DNA of 64,000 nt from Nitrosopumilus sp. (GCA_965205675.1 OZ242186.1:64001-128000); one strand, 5' to 3'. Positions 40,020 through 50,070 are shown, counted from the stretch's first letter. Notes: generated by a model not told the origin, from the sequence alone. Numbers and translations: made by a program.

Positions 40020-40223
40020 ATGACTCTTGAAGAAGGTTTGGAATTAATTTCAAATTATAAGAAAGCAATTGAAAAATTTATTGAAACATTACCTGAGCAA
40101 TCGGTACAATTAGGCTCAGAAATGATCCAAACATTGTCAATGAATTCAAAAAATGAAATTAAAAATTTAGATGCAATTGAAAAAGCTTTGAAAAGACAAC
40201 CAAAGTCTGGATTATCTGAATAG
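40020..40223 (+). CDS. Small helical hypothetical protein
   Basis: 67-aa ORF filling an intergenic gap. Confidence 0.6.
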   Translation: MTLEEGLELISNYKKAIEKFIETLPEQSVQLGSEMIQTLSMNSKNEIKNLDAIEKALKRQPKSGLSE

Positions 40224-40226
40224 ATT

Positions 40227-40430
40227 TTATTTACAATTCTTCTTATGTTTTCTTAGTTCTTCTGAATAATCAAATTCAGTTCCACACACTCTGCATTTTT
40301 CTTTTTTCTTATTATGAGCTTTTTCTTGATGTTTCTTTAATTTGTCAGAATCAGGAAGTACTGTTCCACATTTTTTACATTTTAATTCATTTTTGTTAGA
40401 ACTAAATAATCCCATATTCCTACTAGTCAT
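40227..40430 (-). CDS. Small double C2H2-type zinc-finger protein
   Basis: CKKC...LKKHQEKAH and CRVC...LRKH. Confidence 0.75.
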   Translation of the reverse strand: MTSRNMGLFSSNKNELKCKKCGTVLPDSDKLKKHQEKAHNKKKEKCRVCGTEFDYSEELRKHKKNCK

Positions 40431-40489
40431 ACAATATAGAAATAGTTTTTTTAAAAATTTACATAAAATGATTTGTTTTGTTGAATTTT

Positions 40490-41053
40490 TTATTCATCTA
40501 GACTTTTTCTAGGTTTTATACTGAGATAAAATGCATGAGTGCTAATAATGAATGCTGCAAGGAATACTTTAGTTGCAAATACCAGGTTCCATGGTCTATC
40601 CGGATCAGGATAAGCTATTGATAGTTTGTCAATGTCGGGAACTACTCCATCTATAATCCCTGCAGTTATTTGTGCATTTAACACTGTAAAGTTGTATAAA
40701 ACTTCATAGAGAGTAATAACTGAAAATCCTAATAACATTAGTTGAAGCAATGCCATTCTTGTACCAATAATTTTATCTCCTGCTGTTCTTCTCCATCCAA
40801 TTCTTGAAACACAATACCATCCAATTATTGTAGAAAAAAATATCCAAGTCGACACTCTAGCAAAATTTTCAAATGGAATGGTTGTATTGTGAATTGTTTC
40901 ACCCATTACATAGGTTCCGTTTTCCATCCATTCTATCATGGTGACATATACACCAAAAACCAATGATGATACCATTATGAATCCACAAACATAGAAAATG
41001 TATAGATAGACTTTGTAGTCTGTATTTATTTTTTCTAAGTGTTTAGGTTTCAT
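40490..41053 (-). CDS. Hypothetical membrane protein (4 TM)
   Basis: Four hydrophobic segments. Confidence 0.7.
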   Translation of the reverse strand: MKPKHLEKINTDYKVYLYIFYVCGFIMVSSLVFGVYVTMIEWMENGTYVMGETIHNTTIPFENFARVSTWIFFSTIIGWYCVSRIGWRRTAGDKIIGTRMALLQLMLLGFSVITLYEVLYNFTVLNAQITAGIIDGVVPDIDKLSIAYPDPDRPWNLVFATKVFLAAFIISTHAFYLSIKPRKSLDE

Positions 41054-41132
41054 AATGTCGTTTGCCGAATTTTGAAATATAAAAATTCATGTTTCTTTAC
41101 TGGGATTTATAGACTAGTTGTAAACAGGAATA

Positions 41133-42218
41133 ATGTTGAAAATTGCAATTAACACCCCTATTGTAGGCAAAGAAGAGATTTCTGCAGTTGCATCTGTGCT
41201 AAAAAATGGTACATTAACTTCTTCAGATAATTTGGGAGGAAAATATGTTAAAGATTTTGAAAAATCTGTATCATCTTTTGTAAATTCAAAGTATGCTATT
41301 GCAGTTAATTCAGGCACTGCAGCTTTACAGGCAGCTCTTTTAGCATTGGATATCAAAAAAGGAGATGAAGTTTTAATTCCTTCATTTACATTTGTAGCAA
41401 CTGCAAATGCTGTTGTTTCCACTGGAGCAAAACCTGTTTTTGTTGATATCTTAAAAGAAAATTATACCGTAGATCCTGATGATATAGAAAAAAAAATTAC
41501 TAAAAAAACTAAAGCAATAATTCCAGTTCATTTGTATGGAAACGTTGCAATTATTGAGAGACTTTCTGAAATATCTAAAAAATACAACATTTTCATCATT
41601 GAAGATTCTGCACAATCTTTAGGATCTACTTACAAGGGAAAATACACTGGAACTTTCTTTGAAATGGGATGTTATAGCATGTATCCTGCTAAAGTAATGA
41701 CTGCTGGTGAAGGTGGTTTTATTACAACTAATAACAAAAATCTTAGAGATAAACTATTAATGATTAGAAATCATGGAATGGTTCACGGATATGATACAAA
41801 GATATTTGGTTTGAATTTACGATTGCCCGAAATTAATGCTGCAATAGCTACTGTTCAAATGAAAAAACTTCCAAAATTTTTAAAATCTAGAAAAAATAAT
41901 GCTAAACTTTTATCAAAATTATTATCTGATCTTAAGATTTCATTACCTGTAGAAAGAAAAAATGAAAATGTAAATTGGTATCTTTATACAATATCAACTA
42001 ACAAACGTAATAAATTATTAAAAAAATTAAATGAAAAAGAAATAGGTGCAACGTCATACTATCCAATACCAATTCACAAAACTCCATTTTACAAATTACA
42101 AACAAAACTCCCAATTACTGATTGGGCTTCTTCTAATGTACTATCTTTACCAATCCATCCAGATATAACTCAAAAAAATATCGAATTTATTGCTAAAACA
42201 ATTCATGAAATATTATGA
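41133..42218 (+). CDS. DegT/DnrJ/EryC1/StrS aminotransferase
   Basis: NSGTAAL, PVHLYG, IEDSAQ, SMYPAKVMTAGEGG. Confidence 0.92.
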   Translation: MLKIAINTPIVGKEEISAVASVLKNGTLTSSDNLGGKYVKDFEKSVSSFVNSKYAIAVNSGTAALQAALLALDIKKGDEVLIPSFTFVATANAVVSTGAKPVFVDILKENYTVDPDDIEKKITKKTKAIIPVHLYGNVAIIERLSEISKKYNIFIIEDSAQSLGSTYKGKYTGTFFEMGCYSMYPAKVMTAGEGGFITTNNKNLRDKLLMIRNHGMVHGYDTKIFGLNLRLPEINAAIATVQMKKLPKFLKSRKNNAKLLSKLLSDLKISLPVERKNENVNWYLYTISTNKRNKLLKKLNEKEIGATSYYPIPIHKTPFYKLQTKLPITDWASSNVLSLPIHPDITQKNIEFIAKTIHEIL

Positions 42219-42682
42219 ATGCAATTGGTGAGGTTATTGGTGAGTTATGTAAGGTTATTTTGCCCATCAATGAAGAATTCCATCTTGGAAATTCAAAATC
42301 TTCAGTAGCAGTTTGTACGCTTTCAAGCATAGATTTACTGAAGAGTTTTGCAAATTTTGAAGTTCTGAATAAAATATCAATTGCAGGAAGATTATTGTCT
42401 GAAAATAAAGGAATTGATTCTATAATCAAATATGTTAATCAAAACCCCCAAGTTACTACAATAATTGTTTGTGGAAAAGAAGTCTGTGGACACAAATCTG
42501 GTCATTCTTTATTTGAATTACACAAAAATGGAATTGATCAAAATAATAGAATAATTAACTCTAGTAGCCCGGATCCATTTCTTACAGTATCTAAATCACA
42601 AATAAAACATTTTCAAGAAAATGTAAGTCTTGTAAATATGATTAATCAAACAAATTTTAAATTAATTTTGTCTAAATTTTAG
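42215..42682 (+). CDS. Stand-alone MtrA-like (corrinoid-binding) domain protein
   Basis: GNSKSSVAVCTLSS, SENKGID, CGKEVCGHKSG. Confidence 0.8.
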   Translation: MNAIGEVIGELCKVILPINEEFHLGNSKSSVAVCTLSSIDLLKSFANFEVLNKISIAGRLLSENKGIDSIIKYVNQNPQVTTIIVCGKEVCGHKSGHSLFELHKNGIDQNNRIINSSSPDPFLTVSKSQIKHFQENVSLVNMINQTNFKLILSKF

Positions 42683-43032
42683 TATCCATTTAGTTGTCTT
42701 TCACGATTTATCTCGTTTTTCTTTTCGTATTCATCTAAAATATCATCAGGTGTTAATTTTAATTCTAAAGATGTTTGCACAACAAAATGCCAAATATCAA
42801 TTAATTCTTCTCGTGCTGCTACTTTATTAAATTCAACTGGTGTTTTCCACCATTTCCAATTTGTGGTTCTCTGTAATTCGACTGCTTCATGCATAATTGC
42901 CGTACATAAAGCTGAAACTCTTCCTTCAGGAGTTTTTGGATATCTATCTAATTTCATCATATTTGATAGATCTTGTTGAAGTTTGAATATTGTATCTAAT
43001 CGATCTTCTTTTTCAGCTGTTTCTTGTGCCAA
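42679..43032 (-). CDS. Dimeric (all-alpha) dUTPase family protein
   Basis: EAVEL...WKWWK, EELIDIWHF, KNEINRERQ. Confidence 0.85.
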   Translation of the reverse strand: MAQETAEKEDRLDTIFKLQQDLSNMMKLDRYPKTPEGRVSALCTAIMHEAVELQRTTNWKWWKTPVEFNKVAAREELIDIWHFVVQTSLELKLTPDDILDEYEKKNEINRERQLNGY

Positions 43033-43071
43033 TGATAAATTAATTTAAGAAATAATTAAACTTAAGTCTTT

Positions 43072-43965
43072 TTAGAAATGGATCATTTTTTCATATGTCT
43101 TGATACGTTTTGCGATATCACCTTTTTTTATTTTTATTAATCCTTCTAAACCATATTTCTCAACAGCAAATGATCCTAAAACATTCCCATAAACTACTGC
43201 TTTTTTAATATCCCATATCTTAGTGGATTTTTTACTTGCAAGATATCCTATCATTGCTCCGGCAAATGAATCACCTGCACCTGTAGGATCTACAACATCT
43301 TCCAAAGAAAATCCTGCAGTTGGAAAAATTACATCATCATGAAACATTAACGAACCATGTTCTCCTTTCTTAATGATGACATATTTTGCACCCCATTGCA
43401 TCATTTTTTTGGCACATTTTATCAAATTGAATTCTTTTGTTAGAAGCTTGGCCTCTTCATCATTAATTACAACTGCGTCTACTGCTTTAATCATCTTAAT
43501 TACTGCATTACGTTTGGTAGAAATCCAAAAATCTATTGTGTCACACATAGAAAATTTAATTTTATCAAATTCTTTAAGAAGGGCTGTATTTTGTTCTGGA
43601 TCATTATTTGCTAGATAGACAAATTGAGATTTTTTATAAGCTTCAGGTACAGTTGCTTTAAAATCACCAAGCACATTTAATTCAGTTTTTAATGTTGATC
43701 TTGTACTAAGTGTACTGTCATATTTTCCATCATAACGAAATGTTTTACCCTTCTTGATAGTTAATCCTTGCAAATCAAGATATTTTGATAAAATTTTATG
43801 ATGTGATTTAGAAAAGTCTTTTCCAACTACAGCAATTAAACCTGTATCCACAAAATTACTAGCAGAAATAGCTGCAAATGTAGCTGCTCCACCTAAAACA
43901 TTCTTTAGTGTTTTTTTTGGAGTTCTAATTGTATCCAGTGCTGTAGAACCAAAAACGGTAAGCAT
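43072..43965 (-). CDS. PfkB family sugar/nucleoside kinase
   Basis: GGAAT, KKGEHG, DPTGAGDSF. Confidence 0.9.
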   Translation of the reverse strand: MLTVFGSTALDTIRTPKKTLKNVLGGAATFAAISASNFVDTGLIAVVGKDFSKSHHKILSKYLDLQGLTIKKGKTFRYDGKYDSTLSTRSTLKTELNVLGDFKATVPEAYKKSQFVYLANNDPEQNTALLKEFDKIKFSMCDTIDFWISTKRNAVIKMIKAVDAVVINDEEAKLLTKEFNLIKCAKKMMQWGAKYVIIKKGEHGSLMFHDDVIFPTAGFSLEDVVDPTGAGDSFAGAMIGYLASKKSTKIWDIKKAVVYGNVLGSFAVEKYGLEGLIKIKKGDIAKRIKTYEKMIHF

Positions 43966-43976
43966 TTGTTGAGAAA

Positions 43977-44441
43977 CTAATTTTGATGTATAAATTCTCT
44001 TGCTTGTTCTTCTGTTGGATAGTATACAAATGGAACATCTATGGATGTAATTCCCAAATCATATTTTATTACTCCTGAAATCTTTATTGAATGTGACTCA
44101 TCCGAATTAACATCAGTATGGAAAGTTCCTTTTACATAGCTACTACTTAATGGTTGTACAATAAATGATTCTAGATTTCCTTTTCCAATAATCTCATCAT
44201 TAGAAATTACAAAAAACTCTGTTTCTCCTGTAGTCAATATCATCAATGAAGGATTTTCAAATTTTAATTCAACATTATAATTTGCACCTTGATCATTTTG
44301 ATTTATTAATTCACTCTGATTTATGCTCACTTGAATCTGTGAAGCAGATGCATATTGTGAATATCCAAAAATACTCATGCCTAATACAAACAGAACAATT
44401 ATGCCTGTTTTTTTAGAAGATTCCATGACTAGTTTTTCCAA
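43977..44441 (-). CDS. Membrane-anchored LEA_2-like hypothetical protein
   Basis: N-terminal TM, FENPS beta-sandwich pattern. Confidence 0.6.
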   Translation of the reverse strand: MEKLVMESSKKTGIIVLFVLGMSIFGYSQYASASQIQVSINQSELINQNDQGANYNVELKFENPSLMILTTGETEFFVISNDEIIGKGNLESFIVQPLSSSYVKGTFHTDVNSDESHSIKISGVIKYDLGITSIDVPFVYYPTEEQAREFIHQN

Positions 44442-44556
44442 ATTTACATTTAACTTGAAGAGAAAAAAATCACAATAAATTGTGTAAAAGTTTTGATCTA
44501 ATCTTTAAGCTCCTTAGAGCTAACAGAATAAATCCAAAATAAATGATGAAACTATA

Positions 44557-45042
44557 GTGGCTAGAATTAAACTCAAACTAGGAGAAAATGAAATTGAAGT
44601 CGACTCTAGAGATTTTTATGTTGATAATCAAACATTAGGTGAAATTATTGAAAGTATTTCTCAATATTTGCCTGAAAATCACGATAAAATTGTATATCAA
44701 TCTGAATCCACTCAACTATCACCAACAATTAATAATTCTACACAATTTGGTTTAGAATATCTAGATGATGCTGAAGCATATGAGCCTGAATTCAGTGAAC
44801 CAAAATACATCACTTTACATGAAATTAAACCAAAACTAAGGATTTTAGAGACAAGCAAATTCTTTGATTTACCTAGAACAGCTACTGAAACTGTTCAGCA
44901 ACTTCGAGAATATGGTTGGGCTGCTAGTCCGTTAGATGTATCAAAAGCTTTGGCAAAAATGGCTTCTAACAAAGAAATCATGAAAAATTCTGAAAAAAAT
45001 CGTACTCATTACTTTGTTCAAGAACAATTAGTTACTAACTAA
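44557..45042 (+). CDS. Hypothetical protein with possible C-terminal winged helix
   Basis: RIKLKLGENEIEV N-terminus; FFDLPRT...LAKMA C-terminus. Confidence 0.6.
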   Translation: MARIKLKLGENEIEVDSRDFYVDNQTLGEIIESISQYLPENHDKIVYQSESTQLSPTINNSTQFGLEYLDDAEAYEPEFSEPKYITLHEIKPKLRILETSKFFDLPRTATETVQQLREYGWAASPLDVSKALAKMASNKEIMKNSEKNRTHYFVQEQLVTN

Positions 45043-45226
45043 CACTATAATTACATTTTTTACACTCTGAAAAAATTTCTCCATCCAAGTGATCAAAATG
45101 TGTATGACATTGTTTACATGTATGATGCATATCAAAATATCCATCTTTTTCTATCTCTCCAATTCTATTTGATTCTAAATTCATGTTTTTACACTTTATA
45201 CAATGACAACCACATTCGATTTTCAT
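45035..45226 (-). CDS. Small Cys/His-rich putative Zn-binding protein
   Basis: CGCHCIKC, HHTCKQC, CKKC. Confidence 0.65.
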   Translation of the reverse strand: MKIECGCHCIKCKNMNLESNRIGEIEKDGYFDMHHTCKQCHTHFDHLDGEIFSECKKCNYSVS

Positions 45227-45274
45227 GACTATTCTCAGATAATGTATGTATAGTTGAAATGACTATACAAATCA

Positions 45275-45430
45275 TTGGAAAAGAAACGTGAGATACCCAT
45301 AGAAATTGATGATCATTTCAAGCTTTTCGGAAAAGAACCATGGGAAGTAGACTATGGTGACAAATGTGTCATTTGTAATGTTAGAATTGATGAATATGGT
45401 TTCTGTTCTTGTGGTTCTAGTGGAGATTAA
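45275..45430 (+). CDS. 51-aa Cys-containing protein (MEKKREIPIEIDDHF...CVIC...FCSCGSSGD)
   Basis: Manual translation from TTG; CxxC...CxC. Divergent from the previous ORF. Confidence 0.6.
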   Translation: MEKKREIPIEIDDHFKLFGKEPWEVDYGDKCVICNVRIDEYGFCSCGSSGD

Positions 45431-46310
45431 ATTTTCTAACCAATGGTAATATCATTATCATTAAAAATCCAATAGCTAATGGTGCAATAATTGGAAATTC
45501 AGGCACAACTGTTGTTCCTATGATTACAACTTCACCTGAAGTATCTGGTTTGATATTAACCCAAACATGAGTTCCATTGTTGATGTATTCATTAAAGTAA
45601 ATTTTTTTATCATCTAAAAATACTGTATATGGATTCCATAATAATTCTAGAGGTATTACAGTGGTAACAAATTGATTACCATCATTTACTTTGAAACTGA
45701 TCTGTTTTGAAGGTTGGTCAAACTCAAATTCTTCTATATTTGTAAATGTAATTATTTCTATCACAAACTCTCTATTTTCCCAATTCACATATTCAAAATT
45801 ACTTGGTTTATCAATTGAATATTCCAAAATCATTTCACACCCATGACATCTAAAACTTTTTTTCCCTTCCAAAAAAACTGGTCTTTCATTTATAAATAAT
45901 AATTCTATTTCTTCAGGAAGAACAAAAGTTGTTGTTTCAAGATATCTAAAATCTAATGCCCAAATATTATTTTTCAAAATTACAACATCATCAAGATTGT
46001 ATTTTACAAATACTATGTTCTGATCTGGCATAATAATAATACTGTCTGTTTCTTTTGTAATGTTCACTAGTTCACGCTCACCTAATTTATCTATCAATTC
46101 TAAATTAGAAACCGTACCTTCTACGAATTTTAATTGTCTTGATTCATTAGAATATTTAATTTGATGTATAACAACAACATTTCTTTCACTATCAATTGTA
46201 ATTTCAACGCCTACATGATCAACTTCAGCAATAGATTCTGTTTGAGCGTCGACTTGTGGAACTAAAATTACTGATAATATTAAAAAACTTGTGATGATTT
46301 TTAACTTCAT
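45417..46310 (-). CDS. Surface protein with PEF(G)-CTERM-like sorting signal
   Basis: Signal peptide; C-terminal IIGTTVVPEFP, TM helix and RK. Confidence 0.8.
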   Translation of the reverse strand: MKLKIITSFLILSVILVPQVDAQTESIAEVDHVGVEITIDSERNVVVIHQIKYSNESRQLKFVEGTVSNLELIDKLGERELVNITKETDSIIIMPDQNIVFVKYNLDDVVILKNNIWALDFRYLETTTFVLPEEIELLFINERPVFLEGKKSFRCHGCEMILEYSIDKPSNFEYVNWENREFVIEIITFTNIEEFEFDQPSKQISFKVNDGNQFVTTVIPLELLWNPYTVFLDDKKIYFNEYINNGTHVWVNIKPDTSGEVVIIGTTVVPEFPIIAPLAIGFLMIMILPLVRKFNLH

Positions 46311-46790
46311 TTATTTCACAGTAACATGAGTCATTTGTGCTTTTTTTAATGGACAATCATTTCCATCTCTATCAAGATTAACAATCTTATCTGCAATGTC
46401 CATTCCTTCAATAACTTCACCAAATACAGTATATTCTCTGTCTAAAAATGCACTATCAGCGGTAACAATGAAAAATTGTGAACCTGCACTATCTGGATCT
46501 TGCGATCTAGCCATGGAAACTATGCCTCGCAAATGAGATCTTGAATTAAATTCGGCCTTGATATTGTATCCTGGTCCTCCCATCCCCCATGATCCTTTGT
46601 TGTCAGTTTTTGTATTAGGATCGCCTCCTTGAATCATAAATCCAGGGATAACTCTATGAAAAAGAGTCCCATCATAAAATCCATCCTTAACCAACTTTTC
46701 AAAATTTCTTACAGTCTCTGGAGCTAATTCAGGTAGCAGTTTAAATAAAATTTTTCCCAAATTAGTTTCAATACTTATCGTAGTCATCAT
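46311..46790 (-). CDS. Cyclophilin-type peptidyl-prolyl isomerase
   Basis: FHRVIPGFMIQGGDP, SAGSQFFI. Confidence 0.95.
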   Translation of the reverse strand: MMTTISIETNLGKILFKLLPELAPETVRNFEKLVKDGFYDGTLFHRVIPGFMIQGGDPNTKTDNKGSWGMGGPGYNIKAEFNSRSHLRGIVSMARSQDPDSAGSQFFIVTADSAFLDREYTVFGEVIEGMDIADKIVNLDRDGNDCPLKKAQMTHVTVK

Positions 46791-47031
46791 GCTGACTTTG
46801 TAAATACATCTTAATAGTCTTTTGTGAAAATGATTTAGAATATTCTCATAGATATTTTAACAATGTTGAAAAATCCATAATAATTTGTATGGTTTTCACT
46901 AGAAAATTTATTTATCTATACTTTAGATTTTTTTTAATTTGATTATTATATAATGATCTTAATTTATTGTATATGATAATTTTGAAATTCTAAAAGTTAT
47001 AGTGTTATATAGAACAATTAAAATTTAAAAT

Positions 47032-47268
47032 TTGTTGAATCGTACAAACCAAAGCACGATAATTAAAGAAGCGATTAATTCTTATCTTGAGAAAGGGGTA
47101 ACCGACAAACAAGATATCTACACAAAAGTAGTTGATGAACTTGGAGTCCCAAGACCAACTGTAAGAAGAGTTGCAAGAGATCTAAGAACTGAATTATTGC
47201 AAAAAATACAAATCTTACAATCAGATATGCCAAAAGCAATTGTTTCTACCTCTGAAGAAGACGAATAA
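47032..47268 (+). CDS. Small HTH-like hypothetical protein
   Basis: VVDELGVPRPTVRRV. Confidence 0.6.
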   Translation: MLNRTNQSTIIKEAINSYLEKGVTDKQDIYTKVVDELGVPRPTVRRVARDLRTELLQKIQILQSDMPKAIVSTSEEDE

Positions 47269-47350
47269 ACTTGGCTCTTTTTTCTTTTTAATTATGTTAT
47301 TTTATGATTTTTAGCATTACTATTATAAATAATGAAATTTTCAAACAATT

Positions 47351-47821
47351 ATGGGATATGTTGGTAACCATTTAGCTACGCTAGTAACTGGTATTTTTGC
47401 AGCAGTGTTAACTGGACTCTGGCCTTGGTTTGTAGATTTTGCCCCTATCCTAAACTTTGTTTTCATCATGGCAGTACCAATCACATGGTTCATGACTTTC
47501 ACATGTTGGATTTCACAAAAAAGTACTGATTACATGCATAATCATGTACCACCTCACAGTGAAAAAAAAAGCTTGACTCAAACACAAATTATTGAAGCTG
47601 TAGGCACTCAAGTTAGTCTTTCAGAAATCAAACAAATTCAAGACGAATTGTCTCTTGAATTAAACAGTGTCAAAGAATCTGTAAAGATTAAAGACAGTGA
47701 AATTGAAAGATTAAATCAAGAAATTTTAAATCTTGAAACTCTTGTTCAGATTGAATCATTAAAAACTGAACTAACTAATCTCAAAATGTTAGCTTCTGAA
47801 AGAAAAACTAAGAGTAAATAG
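47351..47821 (+). CDS. 2-TM protein with C-terminal coiled coil
   Basis: Two hydrophobic helices followed by a heptad-rich tail. Confidence 0.65.
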   Translation: MGYVGNHLATLVTGIFAAVLTGLWPWFVDFAPILNFVFIMAVPITWFMTFTCWISQKSTDYMHNHVPPHSEKKSLTQTQIIEAVGTQVSLSEIKQIQDELSLELNSVKESVKIKDSEIERLNQEILNLETLVQIESLKTELTNLKMLASERKTKSK

Positions 47822-47825
47822 ATCT

Positions 47826-47945
47826 TTAATCTTTACAATGACAACAAACTTCACCATGATTTTCTTTGCAACTGGGACAACTTACTGCACCCCCAAAATG
47901 ACATTTACACGAACATAATTCAGTTGAGTCTTTTTTCAAATCCAT
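47826..47945 (-). CDS. 39-aa metallothionein-like peptide MDLKKDSTELCSCKCHFGGAVSCPSCKENHGEVCCHCKD
   Basis: Manual translation; 8 Cys and 3 His in CxC, CxxC and CCxC motifs. Confidence 0.55.
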   Translation of the reverse strand: MDLKKDSTELCSCKCHFGGAVSCPSCKENHGEVCCHCKD

Positions 47946-48202
47946 GATCATTATTATTAGAGAATACACATATTTGATTTTTATATTTTAAATATAAATA
48001 ATTTTTTTATATACCATGATTATTCATGATTTATTTTTTTTAAATTACATTATAATTGATCTTACTTGTTAGTTAAAATATTCTGTAATATAGTTACTTT
48101 CTATAACTAATAAAAAAATAGTTTAATAAACAATTTTTTGAATTATAAAACCATTCATTTTACAGATATTTTATATATTAACAACTTTTAGAAAAAGTCT
48201 TA

Positions 48203-49238
48203 GTGATTAGGTATCTATTGTACCTGACATATATTTCAACAATAGATCAAACAGTTGTAATCTCTATTATTATATCTCCATTACATCTCTTTGATGTACA
48301 ACAAGAACTTTTCTGAACTGACTCATGATGTTTTGCTATGTTCTCTTTGGCAAAACTCCAAAATCCTTCGATTCTACTGATGTATACATCGCCTTTCCCA
48401 AATATTTTACTGTGGTTTATTGAGAGATGTTTGTATCCACCAAACACAGTGAATCGTATCCTCTCTATTTATTAGTATACACGATACCCTCCTTCTTCAT
48501 TTTTCTAATCGTATTTTTTAGAAGAGTTTTAGCTTTGACATTGTTTACAATCTCAACGTGAACTTTGTCATTTCTTTCTAGTATTTCCAAATACTATGGT
48601 TTTGTTTTTGGCACCACGTCCACGATTTTCCTTTCTTTCACCTCCAAATATGCCGCCTTCCTAGCCTCAATTTTATCCCTGAAAACCTTGTCAGTCTTCA
48701 AATATTGATATCTAATTACATCAAATACCTTTAGTGTTGTTTTGTAGTTTAACTGGATTTGCTCTGATGCAGTCTTTGTAGATACGAATAATTCAAAGAG
48801 TTTGATTAGTGATAACCATTTGGAGTATTGGATTCTAATCAATGAGAACTTGGAAGCAGAAAACGGTTTGAAATTTTTTTGGCATTTTGTGCATCTCATT
48901 TTGTCTCTACTTTCTATGGCGTATAGGATGTTTTACTTTTGTAAAAAGGACAGGGAAAATTCTTAGTATATTTTAATTCTAACAATTGTACTAACAATTG
49001 TACTAACAATTGTACTAACAATTGTACTAACAATTGTACTAACAATTGTACTAACAATTGTACTAACAATTGTACTAACAATTGTACTAACAATTGTACT
49101 AACAATTGTACTAACAATTGTACTAACAATTGTACTAACAATGATTAATTAGAGATTGTTTTTGCAAATGATACAAAATCCATCTAAATTTATTCTCAAA
49201 CATTCCATAATAATCTAGGGACAATAGTACTCAGTCAT
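48203..49238 (-). mobile_element. Decayed IS1595-family element
   Basis: CTKC Zn finger, YKHLSINHSK...IEGFWSFAK. Imperfect IR CTATTGTACCT (48215) / AGGGACAATAG (49217-49227). Several frameshifts. Confidence 0.7.
48979..49142. repeat. Perfect 12-bp tandem repeat CTAACAATTGTA x13.7
   Basis: 13 full units at 48979-49134 plus CTAACAAT. Confidence 0.97.
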
Positions 49239-49370
49239 CAAATTCTTTAGATGAAATACAAAATATATCATATTATCTGATTTTTTGAATGATATTGAAT
49301 TGTATTTCTTATAACTCAAAACTTTCAAACTATTGTATGAATCAAAACTACAGTCAAAGTCACATTAAGG

Positions 49371-49913
49371 CTAATTTTGATGTAGTTTTGAAGCAATTGC
49401 TATTGTTTCATCTACCATTTCTTTTAGTCTATTTTTAGCATCTTCGTCAGTTACTAAATTATCTGCCACTGATTCTGTAGTTAGAAACACAGCCTTTGGA
49501 TTTGCAATCACTCTGAAATATGATAGTAGTTGAGTGATTAATGTTTGAACATTGATAAAACCAATGTTTCCTGCAGCTAAAATTGTTATTCCAGCAATTT
49601 TCCCTGGTGTTTTTTTGTAATTTACATATTCAAACAGATTCTTCAATGCTGAACTAAAAAATGAATTATAGATTGGAGAACCAATTAACCATACATCTGC
49701 ATCCATGATATCCTTTGCGGCATCTTTTGTTGTTTTATTGTACTCTATATCTGGTCCTCTATAGTATTCTACTTTGTCTTCAGAAAGATTGATCAATTTT
49801 GTATTTTGGTTTATAGATTTAGTATATTCAAAAACATATTTCATTATGATTTGTGTATTAGCATTTTTTCTTGGACTGCCAGAAATCACAACAATTTTCA
49901 TATCTTCAGCCAT
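49371..49913 (-). CDS. NADPH-dependent FMN reductase family
   Basis: ISGSPRKNANT, GSPIYN, LKNLFE. Confidence 0.88.
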   Translation of the reverse strand: MAEDMKIVVISGSPRKNANTQIIMKYVFEYTKSINQNTKLINLSEDKVEYYRGPDIEYNKTTKDAAKDIMDADVWLIGSPIYNSFFSSALKNLFEYVNYKKTPGKIAGITILAAGNIGFINVQTLITQLLSYFRVIANPKAVFLTTESVADNLVTDEDAKNRLKEMVDETIAIASKLHQN

Positions 49914-49953
49914 TTGTCTTTGTATTTAAATTTCAATTAACTGATAAAATAAA

Positions 49954-50046
49954 CGGGCTTGGAGGGCTTCGATCCCTCGACCTGTAACTTAGGAGGCTAC
50001 TGCGCTATCCATATTGCACGTCAAATTGACTCTGCGCTACAAGCCC
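49954..50046 (-). tRNA. tRNA-Arg(CCU) with 18-nt non-canonical D-loop intron (50014-50031)
   Basis: GGGCTTG/CAAGCCC acceptor stem, GTAGC-CTCCTAA-GTTAC anticodon arm, BHB motif around AGTCAATTTGACGTGCAA. Confidence 0.9.
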
Positions 50047-50070
50047 AGCAAAAAAAACATTCTTAATTAT

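Noticed and set aside
42215-42682. Evidence of methanogenesis
   Set aside because: A single MtrA-like domain with no other mtr or mcr genes.
46800-47030. AT-rich gaps (also 47950-48200) as replication origin or ncRNA
   Set aside because: No ORB-like repeats, no adjacent cdc6 and no stable stem seen.
48914-49141. 75-aa (LVQL)n ORF as a real protein, or the repeat as a CRISPR array
   Set aside because: It is the translation of a spacer-less 12-bp tandem repeat inside a dead transposase.
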